A stretch of 64,000 bases of DNA from Candidatus Omnitrophota bacterium (lineage in GTDB: Bacteria; Omnitrophota; Gorgyraeia; JAGLLT01), in the NCBI GenBank assembly GCA_030632085.1, contig DAOVJY010000004.1, positions 16,000 to 79,999 of the forward strand, read 5' to 3'. How positions within the stretch are numbered: the stretch's first letter is position 1; the number at the start of each line of letters is the position of its first letter. The notes under the pieces were generated by a model. That model did not search any database. It saw only the letters and a program-made list of their open reading frames with translations, and was not told the origin of the DNA. Positions 29,765 to 37,527 of this stretch are shown piece by piece. The translations under genes and the position numbers were made by a program.

Positions 29765-30979
29765 ATGAAAAATAAACAAGCAGCCAACATCACACCGCGT
29801 AGGCGGAATACCGGTTATAGATTTTTAACAATTTTCGCATGTTTTTTAATATGTGGACTGTCTCTAAATGCCTCCGCGGAAGTCCTTTTTGGTGAAACTT
29901 GCTATCAGCGGCTTCATAAATATATAGGGCAAGCTGAAGATTCAATCACAGTCGCGATGTATTTTATCATAATTACCCCCAAGGATACCTCTAACCCTAT
30001 TAATACTTTAGTTGATGATTTAATTGACGCGAAGAAAAGGGGAGTAGATGTAAGGGTAATCATGGAAGATTCAAAGCTAAAAGCAAACCGCCTTGCTTTT
30101 ATGAAATTAAAAGATAACGGTGTGGATGTATATTTTGATACCCCAAAACATTTGTTACATATTAAAGGTATCGCGATTGATAAAAAATATATTTTTATAG
30201 GAAGCACCAACTGGTCAAGGGCGGCGATTGAGGATAATTATGAGGCCATGTATTTTGGAGATTCTCCTATGGATGCAATTGCGTTTGTAGATTATGTCAA
30301 TAATATCCCCATTGAGAGGAAAAACTTATTTTTACCCGAAATTGAAGGAGTCGGCATCTCTTCAAGTTTTCTTCTTTCTCCCTGGCAAGGACGGATATTA
30401 CTTAAGGAGCAGGCCTACAAGCAATTGGACCTTTATTTATTATTATGCAAAATGCGGCAGGAAACAGGCAAATCATATCTAATAATAGACTATGATTCAT
30501 TAGCCAAAAAGATGGGTTACGCGGTTCCTGATGATTTAGGCAAATACAGCAACGCGCATGATTATTGCTCTGATAAAATACGGCAACTGCTGGTGCCTCT
30601 CAGGAAACATGGATTGATCGCTTATAAAAAAGGGCGGGTAACTTTAAAAGCTAATAAAATAATCGCCTCTGATAAATCAAACATTACAATTCCTTTTAAA
30701 TACTGGGAATATAGCTATCCCAAGAAGCTCTCCATGCGGGCAAAATATATGTATTTGATTTGCCTATATGAAGCAAATCGCTCTAGCAGATATCCATCTT
30801 GGTTTCGAAGCCAGGAAGATATGTCTAAACTGTATGGTATAAGTGATACAACCATCTCTTTAGGCCTCTTAGAATTGGAGAAGAAGGGATTGATTGATAT
30901 TACAAGGGATAAACCCACCCCGCCTGATTTTGCTGACCGTAAGGCCAATATATATAGATTATTACCGCTTTTGAGATAA
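29765..30979 (+). CDS. Secreted phospholipase-D-family (Nuc-like, single HKD) nuclease fused to two winged-helix DNA-binding domains
   Basis: Signal/TM; HKD motif HIKGIAIDKKYIFIGSTNWSRAA; C-terminal two wHTH-like segments (..MSKLYGISDTTISLGLLELEKKGLIDI). Confidence 0.7.
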   Translation: MKNKQAANITPRRRNTGYRFLTIFACFLICGLSLNASAEVLFGETCYQRLHKYIGQAEDSITVAMYFIIITPKDTSNPINTLVDDLIDAKKRGVDVRVIMEDSKLKANRLAFMKLKDNGVDVYFDTPKHLLHIKGIAIDKKYIFIGSTNWSRAAIEDNYEAMYFGDSPMDAIAFVDYVNNIPIERKNLFLPEIEGVGISSSFLLSPWQGRILLKEQAYKQLDLYLLLCKMRQETGKSYLIIDYDSLAKKMGYAVPDDLGKYSNAHDYCSDKIRQLLVPLRKHGLIAYKKGRVTLKANKIIASDKSNITIPFKYWEYSYPKKLSMRAKYMYLICLYEANRSSRYPSWFRSQEDMSKLYGISDTTISLGLLELEKKGLIDITRDKPTPPDFADRKANIYRLLPLLR

Positions 30980-30987
30980 AAGCGGTA

Positions 30988-31039
30988 AATAAGCAGGGGA
31001 GAAGTGTTTTTAGAAAGCGTTCCACCGCGGCGGTGGAAC
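30988..31039. repeat. Left copy of about 50-bp direct repeat (contains perfect palindrome GTTCCACCGCGGCGGTGGAAC)
   Basis: ATAAGCAGGGGAGAAGTGTTTTTAGAAAGCGTTCCACCGCGGCGGTGGAAC; near-identical copy at 32462-32510. Confidence 0.8.
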
Positions 31040-31118
31040 GATGGTTTCGGTGAAACAGGCCGAGGATATAACAAAGTAAACGCGCTAAAAAAGTAATGTA
31101 ATTTTTTAGAACAATATC

Positions 31119-31147
31119 TTGACACATTATATTACATATGATATATT
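31119..31147 (+). promoter_or_regulatory. Sigma-70 promoter (-35 TTGACA, 17 bp, -10 TATATT) for XRE-Panacea gene
   Basis: TTGACA 31119-31124, TATATT 31142-31147, AGGGG RBS before ATG 31182. Confidence 0.55.
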
Positions 31148-31181
31148 TTATATTGAAGAGAAATGAAAACAGGGGTATAAG

Positions 31182-31976
31182 ATGAGTAAATTTTATAAAG
31201 AAATAGGCCTCAGAATAAAAGAAATAAGAGAAGATATAGGCATATCGCAGGATAGATTAGCCAAACTCATGAATATCCAAAGAGTTTCCGTATCAAAAAT
31301 TGAAAACGGACAGAGAAAAATAACCGCGCAGGAATTAGCTAAATTAACGAAGATTTTTAATACCGATTCCGATGTGCTGCTTGATTTAAAAAAAGATGTA
31401 AAAATTGTTATGAAAAAAAATAAAAAGCCTTTAAAGATTACTCATAAAGAAATTAGGATAAACGTCCCGCTGAAAAATTTAGATAAATTCAAAGAGGTCG
31501 TACTTTATATACTCGGCAAAGTTGGATCAAAGCCTAATATCGGACAATCGGTTATATATAAACTGCTTTATTTCATTGATTTTAATTTCTATGAAAAATA
31601 TGAAGAGCAGCTTATTGGAGCTACTTATATAAGAAATCATTATGGCCCCACACCCAAAGAATTTATTAAAATAGTAAAAGATATGCAAGGTAAGGATATT
31701 ATTAAAGTTGAAGATAAATACTTTGAATATCCTCAGACAAAATACCTTCCTTTAAGAAAACCTGATTTAACTAAGTTGAGAGCGCATGAAAAAGAAACAA
31801 TAGATAATGTTTTAGAAAAGTTATCGGATATGAACGCCGCTGAAATATCAGATTATTCTCATAAAGATGTTCCCTGGATAACCACAGATGAAGGTGGTAT
31901 AATTGATTACGAATCCGTCTTTTATCGCACCGCTCCATATTCAGTGAGGTCTTATGGCGAAGAAAAAAATATTTAA
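31182..31976 (+). CDS. XRE-family HTH plus Panacea (DUF4065/SocA-like) domain protein, putative antitoxin
   Basis: N-terminal HTH (LRIKEIREDIGISQDRLAKLMNIQRVSVSKIENGQR); C-terminal Panacea-like block (KLLYFIDFNFYEKYEEQLIGATYIRNHYGPTP). Confidence 0.7.
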   Translation: MSKFYKEIGLRIKEIREDIGISQDRLAKLMNIQRVSVSKIENGQRKITAQELAKLTKIFNTDSDVLLDLKKDVKIVMKKNKKPLKITHKEIRINVPLKNLDKFKEVVLYILGKVGSKPNIGQSVIYKLLYFIDFNFYEKYEEQLIGATYIRNHYGPTPKEFIKIVKDMQGKDIIKVEDKYFEYPQTKYLPLRKPDLTKLRAHEKETIDNVLEKLSDMNAAEISDYSHKDVPWITTDEGGIIDYESVFYRTAPYSVRSYGEEKNI

Positions 31977-32045
31977 TGCTATAAAGGTGATAAAAAGAAC
32001 GAAGATAAAGAAAGAATTAAGCGGAATTACAATAGAAAGTGAAAA

Positions 32046-32465
32046 ATGACGGATCAACTAATCACAATTGCGACCTTTAGTCATCCAATAGAAGCTCATA
32101 TTTTAAAAACAAAACTTGAGTCAGAAGAGATAGAGTGTTTTATTGCTGATGAGAATACTGTTACTATGAATTGGCTCTATTCAAACGCAATTGGCGGCGT
32201 TAAGCTGCAAATAAAAAAATCAGATTTCAAAAGAGCTATGGCAATTATTCAGGATAAACCCGCAAGTAAGTCACCACAAAACAAACTAGATAAAAATAAT
32301 AACGAACCATATTGCCCTAAATGTAATTCGCTAAATGTATGTTATGAGAAATTTTCTCGCCGTTTCGCGTTTGCATCATGGATTCTTCTGGGTTTTCCGC
32401 TGCCTTTTATTAAAAGAAAATGGAAATGCAGTGAATGTGGGTATGAGTGGAAAGCTAAAAAATAA
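32046..32465 (+). CDS. DUF2007-domain protein with C-terminal zinc ribbon and hydrophobic helix
   Basis: N-terminal DUF2007-like (IATFSHPIEAHILKTKLESEEIECFIADEN), C-terminal CPKCNS..(TM)..CSECGY. Confidence 0.6.
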   Translation: MTDQLITIATFSHPIEAHILKTKLESEEIECFIADENTVTMNWLYSNAIGGVKLQIKKSDFKRAMAIIQDKPASKSPQNKLDKNNNEPYCPKCNSLNVCYEKFSRRFAFASWILLGFPLPFIKRKWKCSECGYEWKAKK

Positions 32466-32510
32466 GCAGGGGAGAAGTATTTTTTGGAAACTGTTCCACC
32501 GCGGCGGTGA
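32462..32510. repeat. Right copy of about 50-bp direct repeat
   Basis: ATAAGCAGGGGAGAAGTATTTTTTGGAAACTGTTCCACCGCGGCGGTGATAC; about 44/50 identical to 30988-31039. Confidence 0.8.
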
Positions 32511-32925
32511 TACTTGGGCCAATAAAGCTATATAAATAGCGAGTAAAAAAAGGGCGTATATGGCCGTGTATGGACATATATTTGCGGGGGGCATACCAAA
32601 CTATTAGCCATTTCCGCGAGCATAATACGAATACCTGACATTTTTAGTTAAATTCCAAAAAACCATTTCCACGCGCAAAGCCTCCAAAAAATTAATATTC
32701 CCGGATACTGATACTAAATAGAGAATGAGAGTGGCAACTTTATCCACAAGTTGTGAACTATTTGCCGTAAGTGCATATATAATGTGTATTTACGGTCTCC
32801 TTTTGGCCTATGCTGTAGTTAACATAAGATACATTATAGGACATAGCTATAAATAACCTTTGGCTGTAAATACAAATTTATATGGGGGTTCTTTCTTGGA
32901 AATGTTTGATTCTGCCGGCGCTTCT

Positions 32926-34104
32926 CTAGCCTTTTATCACTGCCAGCGGCCGCATTTTTATTTCGGGTTTAATGAGATCGTTCTGATTATCAATAACACC
33001 CTGAATATCCTTATAAGCGCTTGACGCTTCATCTAAATCTCTTTTTGTGCGGATTGAATGAATTATGCCTTGTTGCTCCAGTTTAGCTCTTTCCTGGCCC
33101 AAATCAAGGCTTTTACGAGCTTCATTACGGCTCATTTTGCGGCCGGCTCCATGTGCACATGACTTAAAGCTATCCGGATTTCCAAGGCCTTTTACAATAT
33201 AACTTGGCGTACCCTGACTACCCGGAATTATTCCAATTTCATTAATTCGGGCGCTTGTAGCGCCTTTTCTATGGATAAAAACATTATCACCAAAATGTTC
33301 TTCCAAAGCAACATAATTATGATGTATATTTATTTCATTTTCAAAATTGCAGTGTGTAACTTCAGAGAACACTTGCTTGATAAATTTTAACATAAGAGCC
33401 CTGTTATTTTTCGCGAACTCCAAACAATATTGCATCTCTTTTAAATAACAAACCCCCTCCCTGCTATCAGCCATTAAATAGGCCAAGTCATAATCTCTTG
33501 GTACTCTATATGGTAGATTGCCGGAAATTTCTTTAGCCATTTTATTATAAAAGTTAGCGACCTTGTAACCAAGATTTCTACTGCCTGAATGAAGCATTAT
33601 CCAAATATATCCATCCGTTGCTTTTTGGATTTCAATAAAATGATTTCCACCACCTAAGGTGCCTAATTGCCTTAAAGCTGAATTATATTCACTTTTAGTA
33701 ACTATATAATCATTGTCTTTGCTGAATATCGCTTTGCCGGAAAATGGCATTAGTTTTTCATTCCGCGGCCTTTTATGATGCTCAAAACCTAAAGGAATAT
33801 GTAATCTAATCCCCCTTAAAACATCTTTAATGGCATTCTTATCTATATCCTTAAGTGTAGTTTTAAGCGCGACCATACCGCAGCCTATATCAACTCCTAC
33901 AGCATATGGAATAACAACGTTTTCAGTAGCTAAAATAGCTCCTATGGGCATACCGTAACCGGGATGACAATCCGGCATGATAGCTATATGTCTGTAGGCA
34001 AACGGCAGATTAGCGAGATTTTTAATCTGAGCCATAGCAGACTCATCAATCTCATCAACCCACATTTTTATAGGTACTTTTTCTGTTTTAATTTCTCTAA
34101 TCAT
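32926..34104 (-). CDS. rtcB: RNA 3'-phosphate/5'-OH ligase RtcB
   Basis: GGGNHFIEIQ, HNYVALEEHFGDNVFIHRKGATSA, metal-binding Cys/His blocks. Confidence 0.92.
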   Translation of the reverse strand: MIREIKTEKVPIKMWVDEIDESAMAQIKNLANLPFAYRHIAIMPDCHPGYGMPIGAILATENVVIPYAVGVDIGCGMVALKTTLKDIDKNAIKDVLRGIRLHIPLGFEHHKRPRNEKLMPFSGKAIFSKDNDYIVTKSEYNSALRQLGTLGGGNHFIEIQKATDGYIWIMLHSGSRNLGYKVANFYNKMAKEISGNLPYRVPRDYDLAYLMADSREGVCYLKEMQYCLEFAKNNRALMLKFIKQVFSEVTHCNFENEINIHHNYVALEEHFGDNVFIHRKGATSARINEIGIIPGSQGTPSYIVKGLGNPDSFKSCAHGAGRKMSRNEARKSLDLGQERAKLEQQGIIHSIRTKRDLDEASSAYKDIQGVIDNQNDLIKPEIKMRPLAVIKG

Positions 34105-34111
34105 CGCTCGA

Positions 34112-34142
34112 CAAAAAAAGACCGACTTATAAAGCCGGCCTT
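34112..34142 (-). terminator. Putative rho-independent terminator downstream of PurF-like gene
   Basis: Minus-strand RNA GGCCGGCUUUAUAAGUCGGUC (G-U-containing stem) followed by U7. Confidence 0.4.
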
Positions 34143-34160
34143 ATGTTATTTATAACTGAA

Positions 34161-35555
34161 TTATTCACCTCGCCAACACTGAACGCAAAGCTTTTCTTTT
34201 GCAATTCCAATAGCTTTAATCATATCATCTATAGAGATATACTTTAAACTTGTCACATTCATATCTTTGGCTATCCAATTAATCATTTTTTGATACTTTT
34301 TAGATGATGGATCCAGATAATTATGGACATCTTTAACCGCGATACGGCCCTCTAAAGCCTTAATCGCGCGCCTGGCAGCTAATTCCTTAAGTGTTCTGGT
34401 AGAGGTATTAAAATGACAGGGAAACATTAATGGCGGACAAGCTATCCTTAAATGAACCTCTTTGGCTCCGCTTGCCCATAATTTATTAATTGTATAATTC
34501 TTAAGCTGCGTACCTCTTACTATAGAATCATCGCAAAGGACTATCCTATTACCTTTAATAACATCTCTAACGGGCACTAACTTCATTCTGGCAATTAAAT
34601 CCCTGGTTTTCTGTGATGGCGGCGAATAACTTCTACCATAGCCTTGAGTATACTTAACCAGCGGCCTCCTGAAGGGCTTATTAGACTCCATGGCATAGCC
34701 TATGGCATGGGCTGAACCGGAATCAGGAACGCCGGAAACAATATCTATTTCAATATCATCATTTTTAGCTAATAAGCGGCCGCATCTCTCCCTTACTAAT
34801 TCCACATTTAAACTCTCGTGATTAGACGCCGGGAAGCTGGTGTAAATCCACTCAAAGGAGCACATCTTATTCTCTTTGTCCGGCTTTGCTAACTGCTTAA
34901 TACCGTTTTTAGACATAAAAACAATCTCTGCCGGTCCAAGATATTTTTTTATTTCAAAACCAAGATTATTAAAAGCACATGTTTCTGTAGTAACCGCCCA
35001 GGAGTTTTTACTCTTTCCAATAACTAATGAAGAACGGCCCATCTTATCCCTGGCTGCATATATTCCTTCTTTAGTAAGTATTAGCAAAGAACAAGAACCC
35101 TTAATTTTAGAAAACGTGTATTTTATGCCATCAACTATATTCTCACTCTGAGATATAAGCTTGGCAACTACTTCAGTAGAGTTTATTGAACCGTTAGTTA
35201 TATCTGAAAAGGAGCTGCCTGATTTATGCAATCCCTCAATGAGCTTATCGGCATTTTGTAGTAAACCATTTGTGATTATGGCGAATGGGCCGAATTTAGA
35301 ATTTAAGTAAATAGGCTGAGCGTCTTTATCACTTATAACTCCTATTCCCCTCTCCCCTATCATCTGGTTATAATCTTCATAGAATTTTGATTTAAACTGG
35401 CTTTGCTTTATATCATGTATTTTTCTATAAAGTTCTTTTCCCCAGACCGCCATACCGCCAAACTGAGTTCCCAAATGCGAATGGTAATCCGTGCCGTAAA
35501 AAAGCGTTTGTATACAATTTTTCTTAGATACTACACCGAATAAACCACTCATCAA
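34161..35555 (-). CDS. Amidophosphoribosyltransferase (PurF)-like class-II amidotransferase/PRTase; N-terminal nucleophile is Ser not Cys
   Basis: N-terminal Ntn domain (M(M)SGLFGVV..LFYGTDYHSHLGTQFGGMAV), PRPP loop RIVLCDDSIVRGTQ; start fixed by AAGGAGAG RBS then ATGATGAGT. Confidence 0.7.
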   Translation of the reverse strand: MMSGLFGVVSKKNCIQTLFYGTDYHSHLGTQFGGMAVWGKELYRKIHDIKQSQFKSKFYEDYNQMIGERGIGVISDKDAQPIYLNSKFGPFAIITNGLLQNADKLIEGLHKSGSSFSDITNGSINSTEVVAKLISQSENIVDGIKYTFSKIKGSCSLLILTKEGIYAARDKMGRSSLVIGKSKNSWAVTTETCAFNNLGFEIKKYLGPAEIVFMSKNGIKQLAKPDKENKMCSFEWIYTSFPASNHESLNVELVRERCGRLLAKNDDIEIDIVSGVPDSGSAHAIGYAMESNKPFRRPLVKYTQGYGRSYSPPSQKTRDLIARMKLVPVRDVIKGNRIVLCDDSIVRGTQLKNYTINKLWASGAKEVHLRIACPPLMFPCHFNTSTRTLKELAARRAIKALEGRIAVKDVHNYLDPSSKKYQKMINWIAKDMNVTSLKYISIDDMIKAIGIAKEKLCVQCWRGE

Positions 35556-35599
35556 ATACTCTCCTTATTATTAAGTTTAAATCGTCAATTCTCATCCAA

Positions 35600-35800
35600 T
35601 AGTCAAGATACAAGAAACAATAACCAAATAATAACCAATGACCAAATTCAATCCTTCGACACTACTCAGGATTGACCCTGAGTAACATTGAAGGGTCAAA
35701 TAACCAAACAGAAACAAAATAACGATTGCAACTTGTGACTTATGACTTATGACTTTGTACTTGTGCCTTGCCTGTGCCCCATAAGGGTATATCTTGTTTC
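35600..35800. repeat. Composite intergenic repeat region: identical 40-mer (35611-35650), inserted nested hairpin, heptamer array (ACTTGTGACTTATGACTTATGAC) and GGGGCACAGGCAAG module (reverse orientation)
   Basis: Shares CAAGAAACAATAACCAAATAATAACCAATGACCAAATTCA with 15873-15912; revcomp of 35760-35790 matches TTATGGGGCACAAGCAAG at 15857-15875. Confidence 0.8.
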
Positions 35801-36463
35801 TTATATTTTATTATAAAAATCTTCAATAATTTTTCTTGCTTCATCTATACTGTCCGTCAATTTAAATATATCCATGTTATTTTTGGTAATAAGGCCGGAC
35901 TTGAGCATAGAGTTCTTAAACCAATCAATTAACCCCTTCCAGTAAGACTTTCCAAAAACAATAATTGGAAACGGAACAATTTTCTCAGTTTGAATCAATG
36001 TAATAAACTCCGCGAATTCATCCAGCGTTCCATATCCCCCGGGAAAAACTATCACAGCTTTCGCGTATTTAGCAAACATAACTTTACGAACAAAGAAATA
36101 TCTAAAATATAAAGCCTTTGTTATATGTGGATTGGGTTTCTGCTGGAGAGGTATTTCTATATTTAAACCAATTGACTCTCCCCCGGCTTCTTTAGCTCCC
36201 CTATTAGCCGCTTCCATAATACCGGGGCCCGCGCCGGTTATTATAGAATAACCATCCTCCGCTAATCTATAAGCCAGCTTTCGGGCGGCATTGTAATATT
36301 TCGAATCTCTTTTAATTTTGGTTCCGCCGAAAAATGTAATCGCGTTAGAAACTTTGGATAAATCATCAAAACCATCAACAAACTCAGACATTATCCTAAA
36401 TACCCTCCAAGGATCATTGGGGCTGAATGTATAGCTTAAGTCTTTAACTTTTTTACCTGTCAT
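35801..36463 (-). CDS. LOG-family protein (cytokinin riboside 5'-monophosphate phosphoribohydrolase-like, TIGR00730)
   Basis: ITGAGPGIMEAANRGA, PGGYGTLDEF motifs. Confidence 0.85.
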   Translation of the reverse strand: MTGKKVKDLSYTFSPNDPWRVFRIMSEFVDGFDDLSKVSNAITFFGGTKIKRDSKYYNAARKLAYRLAEDGYSIITGAGPGIMEAANRGAKEAGGESIGLNIEIPLQQKPNPHITKALYFRYFFVRKVMFAKYAKAVIVFPGGYGTLDEFAEFITLIQTEKIVPFPIIVFGKSYWKGLIDWFKNSMLKSGLITKNNMDIFKLTDSIDEARKIIEDFYNKI

Positions 36464-36477
36464 ATTATTTATCTCTC

Positions 36478-36828
36478 TTACTTTTTGTCTTTATATACTT
36501 TATCAGTTATTCTAACTCTTTTCTTAACCCTAATTCCAACCTCTTTACCTTTTATAGCTTTCTTTATCGGCTCGCGATCTATCTGCATGGAAACAATCTT
36601 CTGTTTTATATTTGTCGTATGCCCCTTTATATAAATAACATCCCCTTCAAGCAATGGGCCTTTTTTTATCTTTATAACCGCGGCTTTTACCTTGGGAAAG
36701 TAATGAACAACATTGCCAACGAGTTCCTGTTTAGGTTCTTTTGTTTTACCTACTTTTTTAATTGTCTTCTTAGGCTTAACTTTTAATTGAGATGACTTGT
36801 TCGTTTTTTTCAAAAAGCCGAATATCAT
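36478..36828 (-). CDS. Hypothetical basic protein (beta-barrel-like)
   Basis: Start set at internal Met (MIFGFLKK..) because the upstream part of the ORF runs into the repeat array; no family recognised. Confidence 0.4.
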   Translation of the reverse strand: MIFGFLKKTNKSSQLKVKPKKTIKKVGKTKEPKQELVGNVVHYFPKVKAAVIKIKKGPLLEGDVIYIKGHTTNIKQKIVSMQIDREPIKKAIKGKEVGIRVKKRVRITDKVYKDKK

Positions 36829-36842
36829 CAACCGCTCCTTTA

Positions 36843-36985
36843 TAAGTATAATGTCATAAGACACAAGACACAAGTTGCAAATTACAAGTTACAAAAAACA
36901 AGTGCAAAGTCATAAGTCACAAGATAAATAGCTAAAAGCTAAGAGCTAAGAGCTAAGGACTAAGGGCATAGAGCAAAAGGCAAAC
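36843..36985. repeat. Heptanucleotide repeat arrays ((T/A)CA(C/T)AAG)n and (AGCTAAG)n
   Basis: GTCATAAGACACAAGACACAAG..AAGTCATAAGTCACAAG then AGCTAAAAGCTAAGAGCTAAGAGCTAAGGACTAAG. Confidence 0.8.
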
Positions 36986-37021
36986 AAAAAGCCGTCGGGA
37001 TCAATACAGTACCCTGACGGC
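36981..37021 (-). terminator. Rho-independent terminator after DUF4870-like gene
   Basis: Minus-strand GCCGTCAGGG-loop-CCCGACGGC followed by UUUUUGUUUG. Confidence 0.6.
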
Positions 37022-37048
37022 CTTGTCATAACCTATTACATTATATGA

Positions 37049-37396
37049 TTAGATGTTAATTTTTTCTGCAATATCAGACACATATGGTGCCTTCCAGTAT
37101 TCACCCATGAGTACTTTTATAATACCTACGAGAGAATATATACCAGCTGCCAGAGTCAATATTATAAATACAAACTGACCCAAAACCGGTATTATATTAA
37201 CCAAAAGGGCTGCCGCTTCAGCTATAAAAAGAACTAAACCTTGTTTGCTATGAAACAAAACAAACTTATTGTCCTTTTTAAGCAACAATGGAAGCAAACA
37301 TAAAATACCAATATAGGAAAGTATTGCCCATACTTTTCCCTCTACTACTTGCTTGTCTTCTTTAGGACTTGTGGTTTCCTTGACTTCTTCAACCAT
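37049..37396 (-). CDS. DUF4870-like small membrane protein
   Basis: WAILSYIGILCLLPLL..FVLFHSKQGLVL pattern; start set at MVEEVKE because the upstream part of the ORF overlaps the porin terminator. Confidence 0.55.
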   Translation of the reverse strand: MVEEVKETTSPKEDKQVVEGKVWAILSYIGILCLLPLLLKKDNKFVLFHSKQGLVLFIAEAAALLVNIIPVLGQFVFIILTLAAGIYSLVGIIKVLMGEYWKAPYVSDIAEKINI

Positions 37397-37461
37397 TTTT
37401 TCCCTCCCGCTTATGTATACGTTTTCTAACAGTTTTAATATATCATAAGAAAATGCCTTTG

Positions 37462-37500
37462 TCAAATAAAAACCCCGCGGAACTAACAGCTCCGCGGGGC
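37462..37500 (-). terminator. Strong rho-independent terminator after porin gene
   Basis: Minus-strand CCCCGCGGAGCUGUUAGUUCCGCGGGG followed by UUUUUAUUU. Confidence 0.75.
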
Positions 37501-37527
37501 TCACATTCATCCTTCCAGAAAATTAAA

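Noticed and set aside
30964-30985. Hairpin CCGCTTTT-GAGAT-AAAAGCGG as rho-independent terminator of the PLD gene
   Set aside because: The stem overlaps the stop codon and is not followed by a U-tract on either strand, so it is ambiguous and not called.
30715-31127. 136-aa and 75-aa minus-strand ORFs
   Set aside because: They overlap the 3' end of the PLD-nuclease gene and run across the 50-bp repeat and the promoter region. There is no RBS and no motifs.
32335-32594. 66-aa plus-strand and 72-aa minus-strand ORFs in the noncoding stretch
   Set aside because: They overlap each other and the DUF2007 gene end and the repeat copy, with no RBS, so they are likely spurious.
36829-36873. N-terminal 15 codons of ORF 36478-36873
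   Set aside because: The extension runs into the heptamer repeat array. The internal Met (MIFGFLKK) is taken as the start instead, though this remains uncertain.
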